From the NCBI GenBank assembly GCA_017499595.2, contig CM038998.1:1302001-1366000 (forward strand): 64,000 nt of DNA, in the 5' to 3' direction. The position numbers and the translations under genes are program-made. Below the pieces are notes generated by a model, which saw only the letters and a list, made by a program, of their open reading frames with translations, searched no databases and was not told the origin of the DNA. This DNA comes from Psilocybe cubensis. Taxonomy: Eukaryota. The first letter of the stretch is position 1. Every line of letters begins with the position of its first letter. This document shows, in pieces, positions 1 through 13,923 of this stretch.

Positions 1-2283
1 ACCACCAACTCACGAGCAACGATAAGTGCGATCCAGAGGCACCCCTTCAGGTCTCCGTTCCCCTCGCCACCACTCTAGTACATGGTCAAGGTACTTGTCC
101 AGTTCCTCATCATTGTGCAAAAACCTTTTCGTTCCGATTATCTTGAAGCGCCGAATTCCTTGTTCTTCTGCTTCAATTTCCTTTTCTTTACCCTTGCCAA
201 TTTTTTCAGTGACATCAACGCACTCAATTTCCGGAAGATCTACTAATGGTAACTGTAAATAAGCGTTGCTTATTATTAGGTCCGCAAAGTCGATACCTGA
301 GTTGTCAAAAGTCTTTGACACATTCTGAGCTATAATGGATTCAGCAAGTGTCGTTTGAAATTTCGTATCTTCAGTGCCAGAATTAGGGCTGTCAAATTGA
401 TTTTTCTTATAAAAATGTGTTGACGGGCCTATATGGCTCATATCGACCTGGGTTTGCGAGGCAGATACATCTTCCAAACTGGCAGCAATTGCGATCATCA
501 AATCTCTTTCTTCATCGCTGATGGTTTGAGGTGGCCTAGGTGTTGTCAAACCATGCTTCTTCTTTTTACGTCTAGGAGATGGCCTCAAGCGATATACCAA
601 TTCCAAGGTAGGATCGACACCAACAATATTTAAATCCTTGATTTCGCTATGCCACAATGACACCAAGTCGTCCAAACAGGTGGACTGGAAGCCGGAGGAT
701 TCTTCGATAAGGTGAGCTTGGACAAGAAACTTCGTTGGAAAAATGGCTGCTGAGTTGACACCCAATTTGCTCCAAAAGGGTGAGAAGTCGTAGGGAGGAT
801 TTGTTGATATAAGCTGTGAAAGGAGTCTTCGATACAACATAAGCTGCATACGACCTGACTGCATATCAGCCTCTGAAGGTATATAAGGCTTTTCCCGCGT
901 TTTGTTGTCCTTGATGTGCAAAACGTATTCCGACGAACTTCGCGTCTGCGTTTGTTCTTCCTCAACCACTAGCGATGGTGATTGTGAAGGTTTCTTCTCT
1001 TTCTTGGAGCTTTCGAAACAGGAATCTATTCGAGTTTGTGGATAAGGCAAGCTTGTGCGCGGCTTCTTTGAGATGGAGGAAGGCTGCAGATGGTCTGACG
1101 GACGCTTGGAACTTTTAAATGCAATCGAGTTGGGCATTTTTGGTACCTCTTCTTTTATCACTTCATCCTTTAAAGATTGAAAAAATTGTTTTTCCTAAAG
1201 ATTGTGTACTTACCATAATACCAACAACGACTTCATCGTGAATCACTCCAAAAACGGGCATCTCCCTCTGAAGATGAAGTAGTATAAGCTTTCACGACTT
1301 TTTTCCACTGATAAGCGAGTTCTAATTACCGTGAAGCCTCCCATAATACTTTTTAAACAAGCAAGCATGTTCACGAGTCTTTGAAAACCATCAACAACTC
1401 TAATTAGAAGACAGAATTTGCAGCCACGTACCGCAAAGCCCAACGCGTCTCTTCGCTTGTAATATCCACTTGAAGTTCCTCGAATTTGATCTCCCTTTCA
1501 AGTTCCTTGTGAACGGCCTATTTCCATGGTGAGATGAGATGGTCGACTCTTGCGCATGTAAACGGAGCTTACAAGTCCCTGTCTTGTTTGTATATCATTT
1601 TTCTTGACAATGTTTGGTTCTGGGCGGATCGTCTTCCCGGAAGAAGATTGGAAAGTTTGAGGACGCTCGCTGATCGGACGCGATCTCCTGCCTCGCAACC
1701 CATAGTCATACTGAACTTCACACCTTCGTTCGTAAGTAGAGATAGGAAAGGTCATTAAAATATAGTTGGCTTACCATGCAGGTGAAGTGAGGTCCGTTAC
1801 AGAAAGGGTCATATACGGACGAAATTGGTTAAGTGGAGAGTTAGACAATCGTGGCTTCCAGGTACCATTGATATGTTTATTTTCTCCGACTGTATGTTTG
1901 GAAGTACCAGACACATCAACTGGTCCTTCAATCTCAATAGCGATAGATGGACCAGCACTTGGTTTAGGTATCTTTTTTGATACATATTCATCCAGCGCAT
2001 CCAACTCTTCGTTGGTTAAGGTGCTTAGGTTGAGGTCGAAAGTGTCAGACCGGAATGACGTCTCGTTTGCACAATATATATCTTCATCGTCGGTGTCGAA
2101 AGCTTTAGAGTCTGCTGAATTAAGGCGATACCTCTCTTCAGACAACTTGGGCTCAGCTTCTGTGGTTCCATGACGACCAGATCCTGAAAGCGATGCAATG
2201 TTGGCGTCTATGTATGCAAAATCCTCAGCTGTGAATTCAGAAAGATCCAAGTCGTGAAAATCATCAGAACTGTAACCTGACAT
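1..2283 (-). CDS. EXO5: Exonuclease V (Exo5/Dem1 family, Fe-S 5' exonuclease); spliced, 3' end runs off window start
   Basis: Exons give LSVTDLTSPAW|CEVQYDYGL, ..VHKELERE, FGVIHDEVVVGIM|DEV, IKDNKTR, SGRMQLMLYRRLL and WWRGERRPEGV..RC, the PD-(D/E)xK motifs and Fe-S cysteines typical of Exo5. ATG at 2283. Confidence 0.88.
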
Positions 2284-3307
2284 GACGTTCGATAGAAAGT
2301 ATATTATTTTCCGATTGTGACCAATAGGACATTCGATAACTTCGATTATCGAGAGTTCGTTGGATGATGATTATGATGTTGGTCAATGCCAATGAGTATC
2401 TTCTGGTCATAGATATCCAATAGAAGCCGCCTAGATATCGTGTGTGTCATCAATAATATGTCAAAGCATCTTATAAGATGTTGGCTGGTTGGGAGGGTGG
2501 TTGTCGCTTGCAAAACATTCTTTGAGTGTCCTGCGAATCAGCGTTGTTCGAATCATTCTTCGGTCCTTCGGACTTCGCCGCTCGGTGCTTCTGAGTTTTA
2601 AAAACTTATCTCCGACACTCAAGTCTCGACACATCCAAGGCTTGTTCAAGGATCCAACTGAATAACTCTCGATCTTCCGAGTCATTTCCCCTATCCAAGC
2701 GACGTATAATTCTGTCATACTATATATATAATGACAAGCACCGTTGACTCAGGCATCCTTCCTCACCTTCCTCATCGATGAACCCTGGACTCAGCTTAGT
2801 TTCACAGACCTAAAACCCCTGTAACTACGAACTGTTCAGTCTTTTGTTATCATCAACCCGACACTTGTTGGGAACAATTAATCACCATTAATTGCCAGTT
2901 TATGTTTTGTGATGATGTCCGCGATCGGCTTTGGATCATTCATAAACGGAAGCAAAACTACAGTGCCTTGCTGGTCCGAACTTGATGAAGTCCAACCGTG
3001 TCTCTCTACTGGATATCTCCTTTCCGTGGATCATGAATTCGTAGTCAAGTGCGGTGCTATTTACATGGTCGCAAGGTCTTTGTTTTATCTCTACGCCTTG
3101 GGTTTCGCATATGAAAGGAGAACACCAGTCATCTGCAGTGTCATGCCCGTATAAATACCCGCTTGCAAGAGCGGCAATAAATTTTTCTGGCAAATTTTTC
3201 ATAGCCCTTTTCATCAATACTCCGCGGTCAATATTATTTGGCTCGTCTGGACTTTATTCTCCTTCCTTTACCCACTTCGGGGTTTTGCTGTTCCACGCTC
3301 CTTCGCT

Positions 3308-4006
3308 ATGTTTGCCGTCTTTTGTCGCCATTTCGTGGTCCTGGCTCTTGCTCTCGCATCGGCTTCCAGCGCTGCGAGTCCAACATATACCGCTTTAGAC
3401 AATCGTGTACCTGTCAGCAAAGCGGTATGTTCTTTTGTTACTTTATGCATCATTTTGCTCAAAACGATTTTCCCAGGATGCCGTTAATTACCCAAGACAA
3501 TATGACTCCGGGGCAGGGAGTTATAATGACCCAGGAAACAGCGCTAACCGATGGGGCGATAACAATGGCGGAGGCGACAATTATCCCACCCCTTCTCACA
3601 GACCCAAGCCCAGGAATCTGAAGTCCAGATTGCTGAGCTCTGTCCCACCATCTGAACTTGCGGAATCGATCTGCCCGTCTGGCCTTTATGGCTGTCCGAT
3701 CGCTAAGCCTGGGTCGCTGTCGTCACTCCCGACATCTCTATCGACTTGGACAGAACAGGGTTTCGAGTGCATAGACACCAAAGCCGATTTGCGAGCATGT
3801 GGTGGTTGCGCTAGTATCGACTCAAAGTGCGTTTTTTGACTTCATCTAGGTTTTGTGGTCAAATCTGATTACCTTACTGTAGACACGACTGCACAACCAT
3901 TGAAGGCGCCAATGATATTTCATGCGCCGTCGGAACCTGTGTCGTGGATTCTTGCCTGCCAGGTTATTCACTGGACTCGAAAAACAACGCTTGTGTTCGC
4001 AAGTAG
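3308..4006 (+). CDS. Secreted Cys-rich PriA/CPL1-like protein (3 exons)
   Basis: Signal peptide MFAVFCRHFVVLALALASASSA. Cys pattern CPSGLYGCPI..FECIDT..LRACGGC..HDCTTIEGA..SCAVGTCVVDSCLPGY..NACVRK*. Introns ~3425-3477 and ~3827-3882; stop TAG 4004-4006. Confidence 0.82.
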
Positions 4007-4249
4007 AATCTTATGGAAAACAGAACTTTATATATCTTTAGAAATCACTCGGATGTGGTGTATGATACACCCTTTATGACACTTTTTCTCTACTCAAGTT
4101 TAATTTGATGCTTTACCTGCCATGGGTTTATTTGTCTCATTTAATTAATAAAGCACCTTTCTTTGTTGTGTGTTATCAAATAGGTGGATTTGACCTCTCG
4201 GACAATCTGCAAAGTTTGATCTCCCCAACAGGCAACTTTTCTACTGCTT

Positions 4250-5970
4250 TTGTTGGCCACGTGCTACCGGCATTCTGCGACGGTTTGTATCATTTGGCAA
4301 AATAAACTTCTTTCTTCTCAAGCCAAATCACTAGCATTGTTGTAATCCGCTTAGCCATGTGCCGCAAAACGAACTATCGTTGCTCGATTCGTGAACCTTC
4401 TTTTAAAAATATGGACACGAAGCGTTGTGCTAGAAGCAACGCCTCCGGTAAAACATGGCCTTTGACCTCAATGAACTGGTGCATGTGACCGCGGAAATTG
4501 CTACGAGGGCACAACGAGGGCACATATATATGAGTCGCGCAGCGGCGCGGTCCACCCATCTCGCGGGCCACCGTAAACATCTTTCTGTATTGTCTCCATG
4601 CCACAGTCTATACGAACCATTCCTCATACTCGGAGGTCAACATCCACTTTCAAAGCGGACCACGACATGCAAACTAGTAGCGGTCTTAATTTCACCACGA
4701 ATTCATGGAGAATCCTTGGTAGATGTACTACATTGGTTGCGGCCGCGGCCCGGGAAGAACGGGGCATCAGCATAAACATCGATAATGAGGACATGAAGAG
4801 CCTCTATACCCATACTCCAGTGGACTCTGCTGCCTGCAAATGGCCGAAGCAGCATTTTAAATCTAATAAACACAAGCTTGTTCTCCAGGAACGCGCAAAA
4901 ACCATAGTAGAATTTAGAGATGTGCGGGAACTCTTGAACGCATTCTCGGACGCCATTATAGGTGAATGTTTTCTTCATCTTCTCCTCGGATAAAGAAATT
5001 AACCAACAATTAGCACACGGAAAAGCACACGACAAAGCCCAAATTCTTCATCGCGACATTGCTCCCGGAAATATCATGATTCGCTGCGACGGCCATGGCG
5101 TTCTGTTGGATTGGGACCTGCCTGAATTGACAAGTGGACAAGCCAATGAGGCTCATCTGTTCAAACGCACAGTACCTTATTTCTCATTCTCCGAGAGTGT
5201 GACAAGTTTCCTCATTATTGTTCGCCAGGGAGCCTTGCATTTCATGGCATACAGACTGGGCGGGAAACAAGAAAAAGGAGAACCTGTTCCGAGACATAAT
5301 AAGGATGACGATCTTGAATCATTCTTCCTTGTGCTTTATTGGATAGCACTCAGGTGTTGTAATCACGGTTATATCATTGGAGACCTAAAGGCACACATGA
5401 AGAACAACTACTACACGGCGATAGTAGTAGGCGGCAAACATGTGGCACCTCTTGCCAGGAAGGATCTTTTCAGTAATTCAATGTCAATCATGAACGCCAG
5501 ATTTGCTTCACCTCCTCTCATAGCTTTTCTTACGGTCCTACATCAAACGTTGCGCCTTCGATATCTCATCAGGGAAGACCACAAAATCTTGCTGATTTCA
5601 TGGATAGATGCTGCTCTGAAGTGCAAAAAAACTTTGACCGAAAGAGAAATTGCTTTGGAATTGAGGGCAAAAATGTACGCACAAGATTCAGACTATACAG
5701 ATCCCACTGCACTGGATCTTTCTTTCTCCGAAATTCGACATTTTATTCAATACTTGAAAAGCGACTGGGCTTCAAATATCTTTGTAAACCTTTTTGGGCA
5801 TAACGGTGAGAAAGCTGACTGGGAATTTGGGAATAGTACCAAGCTCCTGCCCTCTACTCAGATTCATCTGACAGAAAAACGGAAATTTCATTCAATCGAC
5901 ATGTGTACCAACAATAACGATCACGACGACGACGGACAATATTGAAATAAAAGGTTTCGAAATAATTAGC
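4250..5970 (+). pseudogene. Decayed fungal-type protein kinase (FunK1/Pkinase_fungal), copy 1
   Basis: Keeps RSTSTFKA, NSWRI, LVLQE..EFRDVRELLNAFSDAII, ILHRDIAPGNIMI, LLDWDL and DDLESFF. The N-terminal part (4250-4600) has no open frame, and TGA at 5943 precedes a remnant NKRFR tail matching NKKVR in copy 2. 5' boundary approximate. Confidence 0.7.
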
Positions 5971-6953
5971 TAGCGATCAGATTCAGAAGGACAGTAGGCC
6001 CCCGGAGGAGGTCGCAAGGTCCTTTAATGACGGCCTGTGATAGCATGTCCGGCTGTGCTACATCATGGTTGAGGTTCTCCGTCGCAATGATGCCACCCTC
6101 CCAGGGACCACAGGTACATTAGTGTAGGCTGACAACAATAGATAGGATATAGTACTTACCCATTGTACATAATGTAACATCGGATTACAAAAAAGCCGAT
6201 TCTGGCGAAAATGGCGCGTGTTATTCCCACCCTCTTCTAACAGATACACGATGGGCCGGTATCCGATATCAGTGGGCGTCAAACAACACGCGTCAAAAAA
6301 CTCGTGAGATGCGAGTCAAAGAAATGCGCATATATGAACATATAGCAGTAATTTTAAGTTCTGTTAAATTCACATTCACTATTTCTCACTACCGGGAAGA
6401 CGTCGGCACTCAGCAGATCTGGGACATCGTGTTCTGGCAAATAATCCTTCCTAGGTCAGGCTGGCCGAATTGGATTTCCTTCTCAAATTACATCGAAGCA
6501 GTCTTTGGAAGCTGTTTATTACTCCAGAATGTCCACCCTCTCTTGCTCCCCTCGTGGGCTGCCTCCTTTTAGGTATTCATGACTGCTTTTCATTGTCTCC
6601 CTCGGTAAATTGTATTTGGCTGGAGAGACTTGGGAGAGACAATGAAAATGGTGATGGGTCCGGAATCAGTATATACGATTTGTCCAAATGTGGCCCATCA
6701 AGCAACGTGACCGTGTTTTGAATATGGCCCATCACGGTTGTTAATCTTGGGCCCGACACAGACGCGACCTAACTTGGACTCTCTTTCCATTGACAAGTAA
6801 CTCTTTGTTACAACCGCCAGACCCAATTCAGGCTTCCAACTAATTCCATTGCATTCCGCCTCGGTGGCATTGTAAAAGGTACTTAAATGCGACATAGCCC
6901 TGCTATCCCAGCAAGCTTTTCGCTGTTTTCCCCTCTCATTTGACTTGACAATC

Positions 6954-9447
6954 ATGACTGATAGTACTACCTCCCATGATCAACCTGCACAGGATTCTAA
7001 ATCTTCTACAACACCACCAAACTCTTCCACGTTGCCTGAGGTACAGGGGACACCTGTTGTTCACAAGAGAGCGGGAATGACACCTCATGCAGCTGAGGAC
7101 GCAAAGCGAGCACAGAATTTCGAATCGTTTCGCCGCGACATTAGTGGAAAGATCATTGGTCCAATGCCTGTCAAAGATTTCCTGAAGAACTTTCTTCCTA
7201 GTGATTCCAATCCTGTAGCGGTTCCTGACGCTTCTCACCTCGACAAAGTCAACAAGGCAAAAACGGAGTCGGAAATGTACAACCCTTTCGTAAGTATGGT
7301 ATCCAATGTTATAGTCATTTCACGCTTAATCTATTACTACTTTATAGATTGATGCCTTTGAAAGCTATGTTACATCAGGCCCAAGGTTTGTAAATAGCCA
7401 CAAGTCTACCTTAGCGAGCTGGGACAAGAGCCCCATCTCCCCCGATATAATTCTCATCGATGATTCGACGGACACCACGTGGATTCCAGATCCAAAGTCA
7501 CCTACCAAGTTCTCCAACCCCTCCATTGAAAGCATCGGCATAATGCTTGAGTTCAAAACTAAAGGTGCTACCACAGATCCATTCACAGATGACCCACAAG
7601 CGGACTCATTCGAAATCGGCGCTAAGGATGGAAAATCAGCCAAAGAAAGCTCCCCCAGAGGACAGCTCCTCGGACAAATCTGCTCATACGCAACTGCACA
7701 TATGGCGAACCAATTTCGAACACATGTGTTCTCCGTCTTGGTCTTCTGTGACTACGCGCGTATCTTGTACTGGGACAGAGCGGGTGTTGTTGTCACTGAA
7801 CAAATTTCGCTCAATCCTAGCGGAGCGCAGCCCTTGGCCGAATTTTTCGCACGTTATGCCCGTGCGACGCCTACAGAGAGGGGCGTAGATCCAAACGTGG
7901 AACCGATTTCAGGATCCTTGATAGATGAGCGAGTGAAAGCGCGGCTCGTCAAAAATTCCCAGGGTCCGTTTTATAAGATCAGGATGTGCGCGACGCAGTC
8001 GCAATCGAAGTCATACATTGTCGCAGTACCACGGTTTATGGGGACCGCCTCGCCGACAGGAAGGTCAACTCGCACATTCAAAGCGTACGACATGCAGACT
8101 AAGACCTTTGTCTTTATGAAGGATTCATGGAGAGTCATTGGCGGCTCTTTGAAACCTGAGCACGAACGTTACAGTGCATTGCTTGCCGCGGGAGTACCCC
8201 ACATTCCGACAGTTATCGATTACCACGATATAGAGGACCAACAAACACGAACTTCGCTGCAGCTCCATAATACCAAACGTAGTGGTTTGCCGGACAAATT
8301 TCGAACATTTCGTCATTACAGGCTAGTACTTAAAGAGTTCGCGAAACCCATTGAAGACTTTAAGGACGTTAAGGAACTATTGGTCGCGTTTTCCGATGCC
8401 ATCGAAGGTATTTTATTTGACCGAATCATCTCCTGAAGATAGTTACTCATTAATGGGAATTAGCTCATTCTGTGGCCCACGATATCGCTCATATACTTCA
8501 TCGAGATATCAGTGCCGGCAATATTATGATTGATCAGAATGGACGCGGTCTTTTGGTTGATTGGGATTTATCTAAGTCGACCATTGGCCCACATCCGGAT
8601 GATGATGCTGTTCAGCAGCCGGAGCGTACAGTAAATCCTTCCTGCTATATTTTCAATGTCACAATTCTCAATGTTCAAATTTCAGGGAACTTGGCAATTC
8701 ATTTCTTACAGGTTAGGAGGGAAGCGAAATCCAGGAGACCCCGTTCCGATTCATTCAAAGGATGATGACCTTGAATCGTTCTTTTATGTGCTGCATTGGT
8801 TAGCCCTCAGGTATTGTGAACATACGTATCACGTTGAAGAGGTCAAGACTACTCTGAAGACCAATTATGATGCAGCGACCACATTACCCGACAAACAGGT
8901 CGTTCCTGAATGTAGATTGGGCTTACTTCGTGATCCCTACATTATTAAGTCCGCTACGTTTGCCTCACCTGCTCTAGTGGCTTTCCTCACGACATTGCAT
9001 AAATTTGTGCGCCTTCGATATGTTCTCAGCGAAGAACACAAAAACTTGTTGACATCCTGGAGAAATGCGGCATTAGAGAAACATAAAGGGTCTTTGACCG
9101 AGACAGAGCTCACTGTGGAGGTGACAACTCAAATGATCATCCACGATATTGCGAATCCGACCTCTCCTGTCGCTCTTGCTCACACTGAGTTATCTTACTT
9201 TGCTCGGTCTTTGGAACCCAACTGGGCATCCAGCATCTTCGCACAACTTTTCGGATCTGATGGCGAGAAATGTGATTGGAAAACTGGGAGTTCTCGCGTA
9301 TTTCGTGGAGAATTATCAACGAGCACCAGACTATCCCTGAACAAACGTAAGTCGGAGATATCTGACTACGACGATGACGAGGGTAAACCGGTCAACAAGA
9401 AAGTGCGCAAAGATGGGACTCTGCCCAGCGTCCATGAAGAGTATTAA
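6954..9447 (+). CDS. Fungal-type protein kinase (FunK1/Pkinase_fungal), intact copy 2
   Basis: GPMPVKDFL, EFK, GQICSYATAHMANQFRTHVFSV, ARILYWDRAG, GRSTR, KDSWR, HYRLVL, ILHRDISAGNIMI, DWDL, GTWQF, DDLESFFYVL. Introns ~7290-7348, 8408-8463, 8631-8684. Confidence 0.92.
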
Positions 9448-9889
9448 TCTTATTTTTCCATTATTTTACTTGGCCCACACTTGACCGAGATTGTGTTTAA
9501 ATATGAATCTCTATTACCGTTTCATAGTATACGATTTCATTTTAGTACATTTCGCCGATACACTGATTCATTCACGTATAAACTGTTAATTGAATATGTG
9601 ATAACGCAAATTTTGTCTGGCAACAAAGTTACGAACCTGAGTTTTCCAAGATAAAAACAGAAAATCAATCCAATGGCAGACTATGAATGGAGAGAGGAAA
9701 ACAAGCAAGGTGCACTCCCAATTTCCAGGTAATTGGATCGGTCATTCCCTCGATTAGTGCAGCTTCAATCACTCCAGGATTGCTGGGACAGCTGAGGCTG
9801 TCTGGCAACATAATAACCAGTCAAGATATTACTAGGCTCGTTCAGCAAATAAAAATGTTTCCAATCTAAACACCCACACTCGCGGTCTT

Positions 9890-11168
9890 AATCATTACTA
9901 TGCCTGAGTGCAACATATTACCACAGTCTTTGACTTTCACGACATGACGGACCAACAAGCATGGGCCTCGCTGGACCTCCATAAAGGCACCAAGCGCGGA
10001 GAGTTAAAGAACAAGTTCTGTAAATTCCAGCATTACAGGCTAGTATTTCAGGAATTGGCCAAGTCCCTCGAAGAATTTAAAGACGTAAAGGAGCTTCTCA
10101 TCGTAATTTCAGATGTCATACAAGGTATTCTTCATCGTTTTCACCTCAAGATATATACTAATCAACTGGTAGCACATCATGATGCGTATGAAAAGGCACA
10201 TATTCTACATCGCGATATCAGCGCAGGAAATATTATGATTAACCAGAACGGTCGGGGTCTTTTGATTGACTGGGATTTGTCCAAAGCGATCAACACGCAC
10301 GATGACGGGACACACCAACCGGAGCGCACTGTAGGGTCGCATTTCCTGTTCTTTTCTCTCCCGAACACTTCATGGTTTCTAACGTTCATCTCCTCAGGGA
10401 ACATGGCAATTCATTGCCTACAATCAGGGAGGCAAACACGAGCCCGAATATCCCATTCTTATTCATAGTAAAGACGATGATCTGGAATCCTTCTTTCATG
10501 TGCTATATTGGATAGCACTGAGGTGCTGCGGCCACGGAATGACCATTGACGAATTGAGAGCCATTTTGGAACACAACTACGATTTGGCGGTCCCAATGGG
10601 TGATAAACCTGTTGTTCCTGAAGGTAGAAAGGTCCTTCAAAACTCGCGGACCATTCCAAATGCAAGATTTAAATCGCCCGCCATTGATGCCTTCCTGGAA
10701 CAATTCCACAACATAGTTAGCCAGCGATACATTCTTCAAGAGAAGCACAAAAATTTACTTATCTCATGGAAGGACGAAATACTGAAAGCCAATCCAGAAG
10801 GTCTCGCAAACGATGAAATTGTTTTGGAACTAGAGGCGCCGGATAAAGGCAAATAAAAAAACGCCGATGAAATTCCCCCTTAGAATCGAACCTGTGTTTT
10901 TTTTGAGTCTCTCAGACCTGTTTGGGCACCAAAACTTTATGAAGAACTTTTTGGTCCTAATGGTGAGAGTGGTGATTGGGTCACTGGTTGTGCGAATATC
11001 CCTCGACCGGAGTTATCGACGACTGCCAGGAGATCTTTGATGAAGCGCAAGTCAGATATATCTGATTGTAGCTATATTGACGTCGGAGACAATGACTAAC
11101 ACCTCAATAAGAAAGCACGCATAGACTCGACAGCTTTGTTGACAAGTGTTCACGAGGTCGAGGAATAA
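9890..11168 (+). pseudogene. 5'-truncated, frameshifted FunK1 kinase, copy 3
   Basis: Begins mid-protein (VQHITTVFDFHD vs VPHIPTVIDYHD in copy 2). Keeps HRDISAGN, DWDL, GTWQF, DDLESFF. Frame breaks near 10840-10905, premature TAA at 11097, then NKKARID..SVHEVEE* homologous to the copy-2 tail. Confidence 0.82.
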
Positions 11169-11310
11169 TATGGGGGTCGCTTACCCAATGTATAGTATCT
11201 TTGCCCGCATCATTTGTAATTTTATCGTTCATAACGCAGATGACATAAGTATCTGCCTATGCATTTTTATACAACACATAGGTACCAAACCGTCCAAAAT
11301 GGGCTTGAAA

Positions 11311-13923
11311 TTAGAGTCGCAGCTCTTTCCGGTACTGGATAAAATCGACTAAATTTTCCTGGACCTCATCACCCCGACGCCTGAGTTCTCTACCCCCCTC
11401 TTTCCGCCTGTCAATGGCTCTCACAACGGCCTTTAAGCTGCCTACGCTCGCTGCTAGTCGTTGAAGGTATTGCCCTTGACGGAAATTCACGTCGTAGGGC
11501 CGTGTCTCATCAGAGAAGATGTCGATGAGCGACGATGCGGCCTGTACGATGGGTTCTGCATCCACCGCCGAAGGTTTGCCAGAGGTAGGAAGAATAGAAA
11601 GTAAGTAATCGGAGATGACCTGTTGGTAGTACCGATGTCAATTACACTGCAAAAGAAAAGTATAGAGAGAAGGGGAAGATAGAAATATATATGTACCCGG
11701 TTTGCTTCGATTGCGGAAGGATTCTGCGCAATGCACTCTAGCGTACCGATGCATTTCACTTTAAGACGTGCATCGGTCGTCGCAGTGCACAGCTGAATTA
11801 GAACACTGACTTGCTCATTGTCTGCTGGCTACAGAAGTATACGTAAGTTATACGTGCCTTCAAAGAGGATAAATGGTACGAGATGACGACATACCAAAGA
11901 CCCAAGCCAAACGCGCCCAATACCCCAGAGAACGCCAACAGAAACTTCCCACATCTGCTGGCGTCGCTCCTGACCCAAACCCGTCTCAGTACCGACGAGG
12001 CCTAGAGCAGACCAGATTCCATTCCAAACTGTGATTCCGCTCTTGATATCCGACGTGACGCTAGGGTTCGGGGACGTAGTAAGGGATAAGAAGACGTTGT
12101 TGAGGCATTCCAATGCGCAGATGTGCACGGCGCTCAGAGCGGATGTTGTAGGGGGGTGTATAGAAGGAGACGCAAGGGGAGGGAATGAAAGAGCCGTAGG
12201 TTGCACAAGTGCGAGCAGAGGAACTACAAGGGTCGTCAAAAAGGCCGGGCTGGATTTTTCGGGAGAGGCGCCCTCTGTCTCATCCATATTCATATCGACA
12301 TCAATGGCGTCTTCACTTGCATCTTCCAGGTCTTCTATGACTACCGGACGATAAGCATACAAGTCAAACGGTGTGAAGCACACGTAAATAAACGTTGAAC
12401 GTTACCTTCATCACCTTCCTCATCGCCTTCTTCCTCATTTGCGGCGACGTCGGGTTCTGGGTCAGGAAGAGTCGCACAAGTCCCGGTCAGGATTTCAAGT
12501 GCAAGTTGCACTGTTCGTAGTTTCGATTCCAAGAGCTCAAGCTCCTTTTCAGCTTCAGATTTATGATCTGATTTTGGTGTATGATTCAGCGAGAGATTCT
12601 GTATCTGGGGTTCTGTAGCCTGCCGTTGCACAAGCTCTTGTACGGCATTGGACGTATCTGGCAACGAAATTGACGATATCACCGGCAACAATAGGGGTAG
12701 CACGACATCCTTGTCAATGTCAACGAACGAAGCTGCAGACGGAGGTGGAATAGGCAGGATGTTGCGCAGAGTGCCTGGGTAGAGAGAGAGAAAATTTGGA
12801 GTTAGTATGATTAAAATGTTGTTGTATTGGAAATAGGTGTACCAGCGGCGAGAACGGCGAGCGTAACGGACTTGGGGTCAGTCTTGGGTATGACCGCTCC
12901 AGCCACTTCTTGACGAGCCAAAGAGAGAAGACACGAGATATAGCCTGCATCAGCTCTGATATCGGAGATGGTAGGGTAATTGTCGTCCGTGAGGACATAC
13001 AAACACTGTGCTGAAAGAAATTATAGACCGGCAATATTCAATTAAACGGAATAAGAAAAACATACCGGCTGCGGTCACAGGTCCTAGAGGGAGTTTATCA
13101 TGTGCACCGAGGAAAGACATTAAAAATGGGGCAAGGCGGATATCATTAATTGCATTCAAAGCCTTATTTGATGTCTCTCTACAGATGTGAGATTGGTGCA
13201 ACACAAACCATTGGAAAACAGTCAACTCACGAAAGACACCACAGCGTAGTAATGACATTGTCAGCAAAGTCATAAACAATCCTTCGAATAGCCTCAGTTG
13301 AAGCCTTGGGATCAGCAAGAAATTGGGAAAGTGTGTCGGAAATCTATAAACCATTGTTGAGGTATGAAGATCACGTTGGTAAAGACAGCAAAAAACCTTT
13401 GGTATAAACGATTTCAAGGGTGTGAGGATATTTTTGTTGTACATCTCGGCGCAGATATCGTAGCCACCGTCAATGCATAAATTTCTGATGATGAAAAACA
13501 GTGATCAGTTATCAAATTAAGTAAACTTGAAACAAAATTGCACACCTCAAAGCACCTGCAGCTTCAACGACGACTTCCTCCTCGCTATCCGTGAGCCTGG
13601 TGATCAAGGCACCAACAATATTTTTGCCCTGCAGTAATCTCCTAGTAGATGGATCATTCTGTATAAGATTAGAAACTGCTACACAGGCCCATTTGCGCTC
13701 CGAAGCCTCTGCGCTTTCCATCTATAGAATAAGCCTCATGAATGTAGCACAATAACAAACATACTTCCGTCAAACTACGGCGCACCTTCTGCATGATGGG
13801 TAAGATCTCATTCGACCTGGACGAGGACTGTGATGCAGATGCGAGCCCGTGCGGTAGATGCGAATCAGGTACACGCATAGGGTTGTGCCTTCGCATCGTT
13901 TTTTTCTTTTGTGATTTGCCCAT
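11311..13923 (-). CDS. SYO1: Symportin 1 / HEATR3-like ARM-HEAT adaptor for Rpl5-Rpl11 import
   Basis: Basic N-terminus MGKSQKKKTMRRHNP; ERKWACVAVSNLIQND..GALRNLCIDGGYDICAEMY; acidic loop; C-terminal LIDIFSDE..NLVDFIQYRKELRL*. Multi-exon. Confidence 0.82.

Noticed and set aside
4250..11168. Stop-codon readthrough or alternative genetic code in kinase copies
   Set aside because: Stops co-occur with frameshifts and truncation, and all conserved genes translate with the standard code.
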